Source: Selaginella moellendorffii (lineage: Eukaryota; Plantae; Lycopodiophyta). From it: a stretch of DNA of 64,000 nt. Position 1 is the stretch's first letter. Each line of letters starts with the position of its first letter. Shown here piece after piece: positions 35,536 to 45,370 of the stretch. Under the pieces are notes generated by a model. That model did no database searches. It had not been told where the DNA came from and was given only the letters and a program-made list of their open reading frames with translations. The stretch covers positions 2,482,041 through 2,546,040 of the forward strand of contig NW_003314263.1 of assembly GCF_000143415.4 (NCBI RefSeq), in the 5' to 3' direction. Made by a program: the position numbers and the translations under genes.

Positions 35536-37455
35536 TCAATTTGCTACTTCTAACTTCTCTTTTACAGGAGCATCCTTTCCGAGTCTATAGATGCTAGACA
35601 GAAGAACATACGCCGCCCCATCTCCGGGCTCCAGCGCGAGGATCGAGCTCGTAGCACAGGCCCCGGTGTGGAAGTCCCGGTGGCCAGTGGAAGCTCCCAG
35701 CAAACACCGCCACTCGAGAGCCTCGGGAACGTAAGGCATGTTTGTGACAAGTTCCAACGCAGCGTCCAGGTGACCACCTCGTCCCAGGAGATCAACCATG
35801 CAGCAGTAGTGCTGCTTAGTGGGAGAGATCCCATAGTCGAGACCCATGGACACCATGTAGCTCCTTCCAAGGTAGAGCTTCCCGGTTTGGCTACAGGCAT
35901 TGAGGATGGACACAAAGCAAGTTTGATCTGGGAGCTCCACAGCTTTCATCTCATGGAAGACGTTGAAAGCTTCGATCGCTCGAGCGTTTTGCGAGTAGCC
36001 TGTCAAGATGGAGCTCCACGAGACGGTGTCAATCTCTGGAAGCCTGTGGAACCATGCTGCGGCATCGTCCACGCGCCCGGACTGGGTATATCCGCCCAGC
36101 ATCGCATTCCAAGATGCCAGGTTCCTGTGTGGCATGCTGCAATAGAAGAGCTCTTTGGCCTCGAGGATATGCCCGTTTTGGGCATATGCCACAAGCATCG
36201 CGTTCCAAGATACCAGATCTCTTTCAGGCATCAAAGAGAAGATTCTCAGCGTCTCGTCAAAGTGGCCGTGCTGCATGTAAGATGCAAGCATCACGTTCCA
36301 GGAAACTAAATTCTTTCCGGGCATCGAATCAAACGTACATGCGGCTTTCTCCAGATTCCCACTCTGGGCATATGCCGCTAGAATGGACGTCCACGAAACC
36401 ACGTCCCGGTGTGGCATGGAATCAAAGACTAGGCAAACATTCTCCAGATCTTTTGCTTGTCCGTAAGCATCTAGCATAGCATTCCATGACACTAAGTCGC
36501 GCTCTAGCATGGCATCAAACACTTGCTTTGCTAGCCACATATGCCCTGACTGGGCATAGGCTACTAGTAAGGCTGTGGAAGATACCAGGTTGTGTTGCGG
36601 CATATTCTCCGCAAGCTCGATAGCGTCAAGAATATACGCGCTTTCTGTGTAGGCAGTGAGCAAGGTTGTGCACGAGAAGAGGTCTTTTGCTCCCATCGCC
36701 GCAAGGATATCCTTTGCTTCTCGAATATACCCATTACGGGCATATGCCGAGAGCATCACGTTACACGATACCCTGTCGTGCTGTGGCATCTTGTCATAGA
36801 ATCTTTTTAGAGCCTCGAGATTTCCTGTGTCGCAGTAGAGCTCCAGCATTGCCGTCCAAACAACGAGATCCTGCTGTGGCATCTCTTCGAACATTCTCTT
36901 GGCATCGTTAATATGCCCTCCGCGGGCACACGCTATTAGCACTGTCGTCCAGGAGACGAGATCCCATTGTGGCATATTCTCTAGGAACATTTTAGCGTTG
37001 TGGATGTCGCTGTTGGTCGAGTAGGCCGTGAGAAGAATATTAAACGAGACGATGCTTCTCTGTGGCATCTCATTAAAGATCTCTTGAGCATTGAGCATAT
37101 GCCCGTTCTGGGCATATGCTGTGAGCATAGAGTTCCAACAGACCAGCGTGCGATCCGTCGCCCTGTTGAAGATTTCTCTGGCTCTTTCAAGGCATCCTGT
37201 TTTCCCATATGCAGCGATCATGACCGTGTGTGAGACGATGCTCGGCGACGGCATATTCTCGAACAAGCTCTCGGCATCTCGCAGATGCCCATTGCGGGCA
37301 AATGCATAGAGCATGATATTCCAGGTGAAGGAATCTTTCCATGGCAGGGAATCGAAGATCTTCTTGGCTTGCTTCGCGTTGCCCGACCTGCCGTACGACT
37401 GGATCTGCCTGTTCCCCGCGAGAAGCTCTTGGCTAGTATGGCATTCTTGGGTCAT
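35536..37455 (-). CDS. PLS-class pentatricopeptide repeat protein with E domain and no DYW, intronless
   Basis: About 19 tandem ~31-aa motifs (VSWNAML.AYAQ.G..A..F..MP), then HYCCMVDLLGRGG and E-type LEPGDGAAYVLLSSIY. Likely ATG at 37455. Confidence 0.95.
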   Translation of the reverse strand: MTQECHTSQELLAGNRQIQSYGRSGNAKQAKKIFDSLPWKDSFTWNIMLYAFARNGHLRDAESLFENMPSPSIVSHTVMIAAYGKTGCLERAREIFNRATDRTLVCWNSMLTAYAQNGHMLNAQEIFNEMPQRSIVSFNILLTAYSTNSDIHNAKMFLENMPQWDLVSWTTVLIACARGGHINDAKRMFEEMPQQDLVVWTAMLELYCDTGNLEALKRFYDKMPQHDRVSCNVMLSAYARNGYIREAKDILAAMGAKDLFSCTTLLTAYTESAYILDAIELAENMPQHNLVSSTALLVAYAQSGHMWLAKQVFDAMLERDLVSWNAMLDAYGQAKDLENVCLVFDSMPHRDVVSWTSILAAYAQSGNLEKAACTFDSMPGKNLVSWNVMLASYMQHGHFDETLRIFSLMPERDLVSWNAMLVAYAQNGHILEAKELFYCSMPHRNLASWNAMLGGYTQSGRVDDAAAWFHRLPEIDTVSWSSILTGYSQNARAIEAFNVFHEMKAVELPDQTCFVSILNACSQTGKLYLGRSYMVSMGLDYGISPTKQHYCCMVDLLGRGGHLDAALELVTNMPYVPEALEWRCLLGASTGHRDFHTGACATSSILALEPGDGAAYVLLSSIYRLGKDAPVKEKLEVAN

Positions 37456-37920
37456 TGGGCGGCTTGGCTGTAGAGACGAGGCGAAACAATTGATATAATA
37501 TGGATCAAAGTGGCAGACGAAGAACAAGATGGACAATAGCTCATTAGCTCAAAAGTGTTGCTGCTGTGGATCAATCTCTTCATCTGTAAGGTATCATTAA
37601 TAAAGACCATGATCAGGGCGAAAAACTTTACGAAAGAATTGATAAAGCGCTTACTTTGGAGATGGGGGATGCTAAAATGGAGTAGCTTACGCTTTTCGTG
37701 CAGCCAAAATTGCTGGACCATCTCCATGACCACACCAAGCTGGTCATAGTTCCAATTATTTTTCACGGCACCTCTAGCATCTTCATGACCACCACCAAAG
37801 GGGTCCCAGATTCGTCCTTCTCGACATGGACTGAGCACTATAAAAACTCGACCTGGTTCAAACATTTGAGACATCATCCCAGGGTGTTCAGTGTCTTGAG
37901 CGTTTCTGTTGATTGCAATC

Positions 37921-38307
37921 ATGCAGGCTAGCAAAGAAGTTGCTGTTCTGTTTGTCAATGAGAAGCTGGAGAAGAAACAGAAGCTTGTGTCGGAGTGTGG
38001 CAAGTTCTTCCTTGTGATGCAGGACGATGGGAACTGTTGCCTCTACGATGACACAGGCTGTATGTTTCAGACCAACACCTGGCACCAGGGTTCATATGCC
38101 AAGCTGACCGAGTTTGGTGTGTTTGCTGTCTATGACGCCTCTAACAGGCCCATCTGGACCAGCACTGCACAGCCTTCCCCCAAGGACAGCAGCTACAAGA
38201 TGATTGTTCTGAACGATGGCAACATGGTTATCTTTGATAAGCATGACAAGCCGCTTTGCCACACCAACACTCCCAAGGCTCCTAACGTCATGAAGCCCAA
38301 AGCGTAA
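37921..38307 (+). CDS. Small leaderless GNA-related (bulb-type) lectin, 128 aa
   Basis: B-lectin pattern LVSECGKFFLVMQDDGNCCLY...IWTS...MIVLNDGNMVIFD..KPL..TNT. No signal peptide, intronless, AATAAA signals near 38388-38398. Confidence 0.88.
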   Translation: MQASKEVAVLFVNEKLEKKQKLVSECGKFFLVMQDDGNCCLYDDTGCMFQTNTWHQGSYAKLTEFGVFAVYDASNRPIWTSTAQPSPKDSSYKMIVLNDGNMVIFDKHDKPLCHTNTPKAPNVMKPKA

Positions 38308-38435
38308 GCAAATCCTAAATATCAAGGTGTTTGAAACTCACAGTTCAAGAGCACTACGTATATGTATATTCAGCTTTAAGTTTCATGAATAAATAAAATC
38401 CTATCGTTTTATGTCATTCGATTATTCATTCCATT

Positions 38436-38790
38436 ATGGGAAATGATTGTGCACGAGTTTGCTCCCATATCTTTTGCTTCGAATGTACCCATTATGGGCA
38501 TATATGCGGAGAACATCACATTCCACAAGCAACGATTCAACATTCTCTTATGAGATGCCACATGTTTAAATATTCTTCTCACAGCCTATGGTGCAATGGG
38601 ATCTCGTCTCGTCGAAATAGCGGGTATACCAAAGATGCCAAGATCTCTTGAGCTCTATGAATATACCCGGTCTGGGCATATGCCGTGGGCATAGAATTCC
38701 CAGCAAACGCGCATGCGATCTTTCCTCTGTTGAAACAGCTCCCGTTTTTTCGAAAGCAAACCGTAGGTGACAGCGCAGAGCATATTCCAG
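38436..38790. pseudogene. Scrambled PPR fragments in both orientations
   Basis: Pieces resembling motifs of the adjacent PPR: NVMFSAY.AHNGYI (- strand, ~38465-38530), FNILLTAY (+ strand, ~38563-38590), WNSMPTAYAQTG (- strand, ~38660-38705). Confidence 0.6.
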
Positions 38791-38845
38791 GCGATGCCGT
38801 TCATGAAATTCTTTTTTGTTTAAAGGGTTTGAAAATGTAGGGTTT

Positions 38846-40050
38846 ATGGAAATGGCGGGTAGGGCTCCAGACGAGTGCAAGGTCTGCGAGATCAAGACGC
38901 TAGGGCTGGAGAACGATGGCGAGGCGAAGCGACTGCTACGCGCTGTGGCTGCGCAGGTACAACCGATCATGCGGCGGCGGCGCTGGCGCGTCGGCGTTCT
39001 CAGCGAATTTCGGTATGCATTTTCCCCCTTTCTCGTCGAAATCACTGTTGCTGCTGCTGCCAGGCCGAGAAATCCTTCTTTGCTTGGGCTCAATGTGAAT
39101 GGAGGACGCGAGATCAAAATCAGGCTTCGCCGCCATGGGCGAGACTCTGAGTTTTACGAGTATGATTTTGTATTGGGAACCATGCTTCACGAGCTCACTC
39201 ACATCGGGCGTGGGCCTCACGATGCCAAATTCTACAAGCTCCTCGACGAAGTCACAAAGGTAAGATTTCTCTCCTTTTTTTTTTCAAGCATCTTCTTGCA
39301 TAGAAAGTTCTACCTTTGTTTTCGTCAGTTTTAGCTTCCTAGCTTCGTTTACTCACGTATCTCTTTGTTTCCCCTTTCACGTAAGGAATGCGAGGATCTC
39401 ATGGCCAAAGGAATCACTGGCACTGGCCAAGGCTTTGATGCTTCAGGAAAGAAGCTGAGCAACGCTTCACACAACCCGCCGGCCTCGTCGCTACGTAAGA
39501 CAGCTCTTGCTGCCGCCGAGAAACGCCAGCGGCTGGGAAGCCTCTTGCCGGCGGGGCCTCAGAAACTAGGAGGAGATATCAGCATGAGGAACTCTCTCAG
39601 TCCTGCTCAAGCGGCTGCTATGGCGGCCGAGAGAAGATTCAGAGATGATTTGTGGTGTGGCGCTCCTGAGACCATTGGAGAAGACGGTGATGGCAAAGCA
39701 AAAGACAGAGAGAACAGAGGCAACACTTTAGAAGCTGGTCCCAGTGAAGCGTGTCGCTACAAAGAAGCACCCCCGCCATCAAAGCGAGCCAAAGTTCCCG
39801 AGTGGGAGTGTAACGTTTGCACTCTATTAAATCCGGTATGTTCTTCGTTTCTTTCTTTCTTTCTCTTCGTGATTAGACATTGTTTTTGCAGCCCCTTGCG
39901 CCAATCTGCGCAGCATGTGGATCCACACAGCCCGAAGCGAATTTGTCGAAGAACAAAGCGTGGGCGTGCAAGTTTTGTGCGTCGCAAAATCCAGTAGCGA
40001 TTGATCGCTGCGTTCTTTGCGACGAGTGGAGATACTCCACAGGACATTAA
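38846..40050 (+). CDS. WSS1: DNA-dependent metalloprotease WSS1 (WLM domain plus two RanBP2-type zinc fingers)
   Basis: QVQPIMRRRRWRVGVLSEF|.PRNPSLLGLNVNGG.EIKIRLR, HELTH (HExxH), GPHDAKFY, SPAQAAAMAAERR, WECNVCTLLNP|PLAPICAAC, WACKFC...RCVLC; three introns. Confidence 0.93.
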
Positions 40051-40154
40051 CAGCAATCACAGGTACTTGAATCTACTGCAAAGATAATCGACTTTTATTA
40101 AGAAGATACTGTCAAGTATCTCACGCACGTTTGCCTTCTCCGCGAATTCCTAGT

Positions 40155-40640
40155 CGACATTGAGCTGAGCCAGTACTCGGTGGTGATCTTGGACGAAGCC
40201 CACGAGAGAACACTCAACACTGACATCCTTCTCGGCTTGGTTGCCTTGAGAAAGCCCGAGCTCAAGCTGATCGTTATCTAGATGGTCACAAGATCTCCCA
40301 GTTCTTCGGTGGCTGCCTCGTTGTCAACATTCCTGGGAAGCTCTTCCCGGTGGAAATCATGTATAGTACCGAGCAGCCAGTGGAGTAGACTTTGATAGAG
40401 ATCCACGCCAAGGAGCCTCCGGCTAATATCCTCGTGTTCATGACGGGCCAGGAGAAGATAGAGAAGGTGATCGCCAAGCTGGAGCACAGGGTCCAGGCTT
40501 TGGAACAAGGCTCGCGAATGGACGCGCTTGTTCTTGGAGACATCTCTCACGGTTGACGGCGTTGGCTACGTATCAAGAGCTTTGATCTGGGATGCCTGGA
40601 AGACGTTCTAGTACTGGCAGCGATGCTTTGCAAATCGTGC
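40155..40640 (+). pseudogene. Intronless, heavily deleted DEAH-box RNA helicase fragment
   Basis: [82 protein letters not shown]; motifs joined across large deletions. Confidence 0.85.
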
Positions 40641-41022
40641 TTAGCATTCTTGAGGCCTTGGAGTTGTTTGTGAGTTTCTCCTCTATGGTTGTCTTGAAGC
40701 GTTTCCAAAATCTCGTGTTTCATTGTTTCATTACTGGAGGTCCTCAGGGCTCTCGTAGCTTTTCATTATGTAAAGTTGATTCTGGACAAGGTGGTGGTGG
40801 TGGTGTGACGGAGATTTCAGCCTATCCTGGACTCGTTCCCTTCTTTTGGAGCAGCCAAATTGATGCTCTCCATTCTTACTTTTGTTTTTGTAATATCTTC
40901 CAGATAAATAGTCGTTTAGTGAACTTTTTAAAAGACAACACAAAACAAAACCTTGTTCTTTTTACAAAGCAAACAATTGATATAAATTATACTCATATTG
41001 CCTTTTCAAGAAGAAAACTAAT

Positions 41023-41919
41023 ATGGATTTAAGTATTACAGTTCTTATTTTTCTACTTTTGAAAGTCATTTACACAACTAAGCTTGTTTCTAGACCAGAA
41101 GATACAAATCTTGTAAATTCAAATACTACAAATATAATTGTTTCAAGGTTACTTATGATGGTAAATTATGCAATTCCACAGGGTCACACCATACCATTAG
41201 GCCAAGGTATAGATCGTCTTGCTATTATTGAAGATGAAATATTTGGTAATATAACTGTTGTTATGCAAATATGGCTTTTCAGTGTAGAAAGAGGAACAAG
41301 TTACAGATATTGTTCTACTAACCCTTCTGGTGAGGAAAGAAACACTACTATAGTAAGATATGAATTAACTAACTTAATAATGCAATATCATCCTACTCTT
41401 CTAAATCTTGGATCCAGATTAATTTCATTAACATCAGGGATATATGCTATTTATTACTGGATTATGAATATACCTCCTCAAGGAGGATCTAGAGAAATAT
41501 TAACTAGTGCCTTTAATGATTGTCAATTTTACTCGCATTCATTATTTAGTTCTACATTATATAACATTTTATTACCCTATTATTTTATAAGCTCACTAAA
41601 TAAAAAAGCACTTCTATATTTACATCCTAATTGTAAACTAGAACTTTATATAAGAAATGAAGCAAAATGGTCAATATTAGAAAACTATAAAAATTGTTAT
41701 CTTATATTACAGCCTGATGGAAATTTAGTTTTTTACTCTGAAAACAAAAAACCTTTATGGTCACCAAATAAATATTGCAAAGCTAAACCTAATTGTATAA
41801 TGAGTACATATCTTTCTTTAAAAAATGATTGTAATTTAGTTTTATATAAAAACTATCAACATATATTTTCTAAAAATATTAAAAATATTCCTCTTTGGTC
41901 AACTAATACTTTTTGCTAA
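41023..41919 (+). CDS. AT-rich intronless putative secreted chimeric lectin: signal peptide, unknown ~150-aa domain, C-terminal GNA/B-lectin domain (298 aa)
   Basis: Hydrophobic N-terminus MDLSITVLIFLLLKVIYT. C-terminal LYLHPNCKLELY...CYLILQPDGNLVFY...PLWS...YLSLKNDCNLVLY...PLWSTNT. Uninterrupted 897-nt frame despite very low GC; AATAAA downstream. Confidence 0.8.
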   Translation: MDLSITVLIFLLLKVIYTTKLVSRPEDTNLVNSNTTNIIVSRLLMMVNYAIPQGHTIPLGQGIDRLAIIEDEIFGNITVVMQIWLFSVERGTSYRYCSTNPSGEERNTTIVRYELTNLIMQYHPTLLNLGSRLISLTSGIYAIYYWIMNIPPQGGSREILTSAFNDCQFYSHSLFSSTLYNILLPYYFISSLNKKALLYLHPNCKLELYIRNEAKWSILENYKNCYLILQPDGNLVFYSENKKPLWSPNKYCKAKPNCIMSTYLSLKNDCNLVLYKNYQHIFSKNIKNIPLWSTNTFC

Positions 41920-42169
41920 GGGTTAAGATCTTTGCTTAATCATAAATTAGACTTATGTCCTACTTTACATTAACATTGGATAGATCCATAAAAAATAAAT
42001 ATTATAAATATATAATATACATTCTCAATATGATTGTTATAATAAAGGGAGGTATGTATTATATTCTTGTTAATTTAGACTCGCACACTTATACTTGTTA
42101 GAAAGGAAAAAGGACAATTTGTTTCTGCAACTTTTTCAAAATCAATAATGTGAGTATGTATGTATTTTA

Positions 42170-42526
42170 GGGAAGCCTCTTGCCGGCCGTAGCCTCAGAA
42201 ACTAGGAGATATCAGCATGAGGAACTCTTTCAGCTCAAGCGGCTACCAAGAGAAGACTAGAGATGATTTGTGGTCCTGAAACGATTGGAGCAGAACAGGG
42301 AGAACAGAGGCAACGCTAGTGCCAGTGAAGCATCGGGAATGTAACGTTTGCGGTATGTTCTCGTTTCTTTCATTCTTTTCTTCGTGATTTGACATTGTTT
42401 TGGCAGTCGCTTGTGCGTCGCAAAATCCAGAAGCGATCGATCGCTGCGTTCTTTGCGACGAGTGGAGATACTCCACAGGACATTAACAGCAATCACAGGT
42501 CCTTAAATCTACTGCAAAGATAATCG
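42170..42526 (+). pseudogene. Deleted partial duplicate of the WSS1 3' end
   Basis: Collinear with 39535-40090, including the intron and the GACGAGTGGAGATACTCCACAGGACATTAACAGCAATCACAGG block, with several internal deletions. Confidence 0.92.
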
Positions 42527-43099
42527 TTTTCGCTTATGCAGTCTCTGTCAATATGACAAAACAACAGAGCTTCCGAGTACACTCTATGCTTCGCTCTAAA
42601 CAATGGAGATCTCCAAATTCTCTGATCTCTGTCAGTAGGATAAAACAAGAGCTTCTATGCTTCGCTCTAAACAATCGAGAACTCCAGATTTATTGTCATT
42701 CGCTTTTATCCTTTGATCCAAAAAAACTGTGTGTCATCTCATCCAGTGACCACCTTCCTCTGGATTTTAAAGTTTTGCAGTGAAGGGCTTCTTTATCTGC
42801 TGTCCACACTTCTTTGGCTACGTGTCAGTTGACCCGTCTTCGTACCGCCATCGTACGTAGTGGCCGTACTTGAAGGTCCAATTTGGAGATTTTAGGGCAT
42901 TATCAGGGTTCATCGATGGCGGAATGGGGCGGTGCGCTATCAGCCGCGAGCCGCGAGGTGTAAGATCCTGCCGCATTCTATCGCTTTCTTCCTAGCGATC
43001 GTGTAGCGAGCGAGCGGCCGGCGAAATTCCGGAGCTTCGATTTCATGCCCCAGGTCTTCTTTGGAGGAGAGAGGGCATTTGGGAGATCTTTATGCCGCC

Positions 43100-44588
43100 A
43101 TGCCACCGCCAGTGGAGAATGCTGAGGCGAATTCCGGGCGATTCGTGACGCTGCGGGAAATTATGATCACAATTGCGGGGCTCCTGTTGGTGGTTCTCAC
43201 CCTTGTTCTTGGAAGAGCCAGTGCCATGGTCGTTCTCATCACTGCCAAGAACGAGACGCTGCCATTCCCGGATATGGAAGCTAGCTTCGGTAAGGAAAAG
43301 CTTTGGAATTTGTGTCTATCGTGGAATTCTCATCTTTCTCTTCTCTTTCAGCGCCTCGAGTTCCAGCGTCTGGAATTTCCGGCCTGTTCTACGAAGCGTA
43401 CCCTCTCAATGCATGCGACGCGATCATCAATGGTCCGGGGCTTTTGATCGGCAGCATTCCGGTTTTCGCGATTGTGGAGCGAGGGGGCTGTAAGTTTGAC
43501 GAGAAGATCTTGAATGCCCAGGATGCTGGATTCAGTGCTGTGATCGTCTACAACAACGAAGAGGGTCATGATTTGATCTCAAGTAAGTGGAGTGTGCTTT
43601 TTCCATGAGCAGTTCTTTGATTCTTTCCTTTCCAGTGTCTGGATCATCAGACGACGTGCACATTCCAGCCGTTTTCGTTTCAAAGTCCGCTGGCGAGACA
43701 CTGCTCGAGTATTCCAAACAGATTGGAGCTCGCTGCTACATTCTCCCGGCCATTGAGAACACGGCCTGGTCAGTCATGGCCGTGTCGTTCATCTCACTAC
43801 TCGCCGTCACTGCGGTGCTCACCACTTTCCTGTTCGTCCGGAGATACAGACTGCGTCACCTCGGCTCCAGATTGCTCCTTCTGCGAGACTCTTACGGAAT
43901 GAGCGCACGGGAAGTGAAAGCTCTCCCTACAGTCATATTTAAATGCTTGGGCGATGGCCAGGGGACGTCAGATACTTGCGCCATCTGTCTGGAAGAGTAT
44001 GAATCCGGTGAAAAGCTCCGAGTTCTACCTTGCCACCATGGTGAGTTTCCTTGTTTTCTCTTCGTGCTATGTTGTTCTTACGCACTTGTTTCTCTTCTTC
44101 CAGATTTCCACGCGGCTTGTGTAGATCAGTGGCTTACGACTCGACGGCCATTCTGTCCGGTTTGCAAGAGGGATGCGCACAACAAAAACGAAGAGCCGCC
44201 GCCATCCGAGAGCACACCGCTACTAGCAGCCGCTGCCGTGTCTCCGCCGGCTACTACCCAACCAGCGGCTACTCAGACCTCCCCGGTTGGATCCCTGCGT
44301 GACGATGGAGCTTGCGACGATGAGTCCGCTCGGGGTGCTTCCTCACTGAGAGAAACTCCCGTGGGATCGCCGTCCCCAACCGAGGAGAGCTCCTCGCCAG
44401 GTCGGGCTTTTGGATTTCATAGTGCTCCAGATACGTTTTTGCAGATTGACGATGATTCCAGCGCCGCTGCCAACACCGACACGACCACCACCACCGCTTC
44501 TTCTTCAGACCACCATCGCCACAACCACTCGAGGTGCTACAGCGACATAAACTCGAGCAGTAGTAGCAGCGTGGAGCGCTTGTGCTGA
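43100..44588 (+). CDS. RMR: Receptor homology region, transmembrane, RING-H2 protein (RMR; PA-TM-RING)
   Basis: Signal/TM segment, PA domain (FAIVERGGCKFDEKILNAQDAGFSAVIVYNN), TM AWSVMAVSFISLLAV, RING-H2 CAICLEEY...LPCHH|DFHAACVDQWL...CPVCK, Ser-rich tail. Confidence 0.93.
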
Positions 44589-44898
44589 GACTCGAAAAGA
44601 ATTTCACTTTGTCTCTTTCTTACGCGTGGTTTTTGTGTAAATTTCCCTCCTCTCTGGCTTCAAACTTTCGGACTGGCAGAGTAATGTAATCTAATAAAAT
44701 GTAACCATCTGCCTTTGGAAAATCTTTTTCATGTTTTAGAGTAGTGTAGGGCCTTTTTTATAATTTACTTTTTGTATGAATGAAATTTATCTTTTAATGC
44801 AAATTGTTTGTGTGATTATAAGTTTTTAAAAAACATTATACAATTAATTAATAACTTATCATATTAATAATTACTGAAAACATCACGACTTCCGGAAT

Positions 44899-45327
44899 GG
44901 CCAACACGCTCAAGGCTAAAGAGTTCTTCTATTGCAGCATGCCACACAGGAACCTGGCGTCTTGGAACGCGATGCTGGGTCGGCGCGTGGACGATGCCGC
45001 AGCGTGGCTCCACACGCTTCCAGAGATTGACACCGTCTAAACGCTCGAGCGATCGAAGCTTTCAATGTCTTCCACGCGATGAAAGCTGTGGAGCTCCCGG
45101 ATCAAACTTGCTTTGTGACCATCCTCAATGCCTGTAGAAGCTCTACCTTGGAAGGAGCTACATGGTGTCCATGGGTCTCGACTATGGAATCTCTCCCACT
45201 AAGCAGCACTACTGCTACATGGTTGATCTCCTGGGACGAGGTGGTCTCTTGGACGCTGCGTTGGAACTTGTCACAAACATGCCATACGTTCCCAGAGTGG
45301 CCTTGTGCTAATGTAAAAGAGAAGTAA
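44899..45327 (+). pseudogene. Inverted, deleted copy of the 3' part of the PPR gene at 35.5-36.2 kb
   Basis: Matches the reverse complement of ~35550-36180 (YCSMPHRNLASWNAML, MKAVELPDQTCF, GTAAAAGAGAAGT) with frameshifting deletions. Confidence 0.9.
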
Positions 45328-45370
45328 TGAAATAGCTCTAATAGCCATAACCCCTGAACCCTAGGACGCT

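Noticed and set aside
35562-37498. Antisense and alternate-frame ORFs overlapping the PPR (similarly over the RLK, NPGR and GDH genes)
   Set aside because: Shadow ORFs of GC-rich coding sequence.
42555-42695. ~70-bp direct duplication containing CTATGCTTCGCTCTAAACAAT
   Set aside because: A simple local duplication with no sign of function or mobility.
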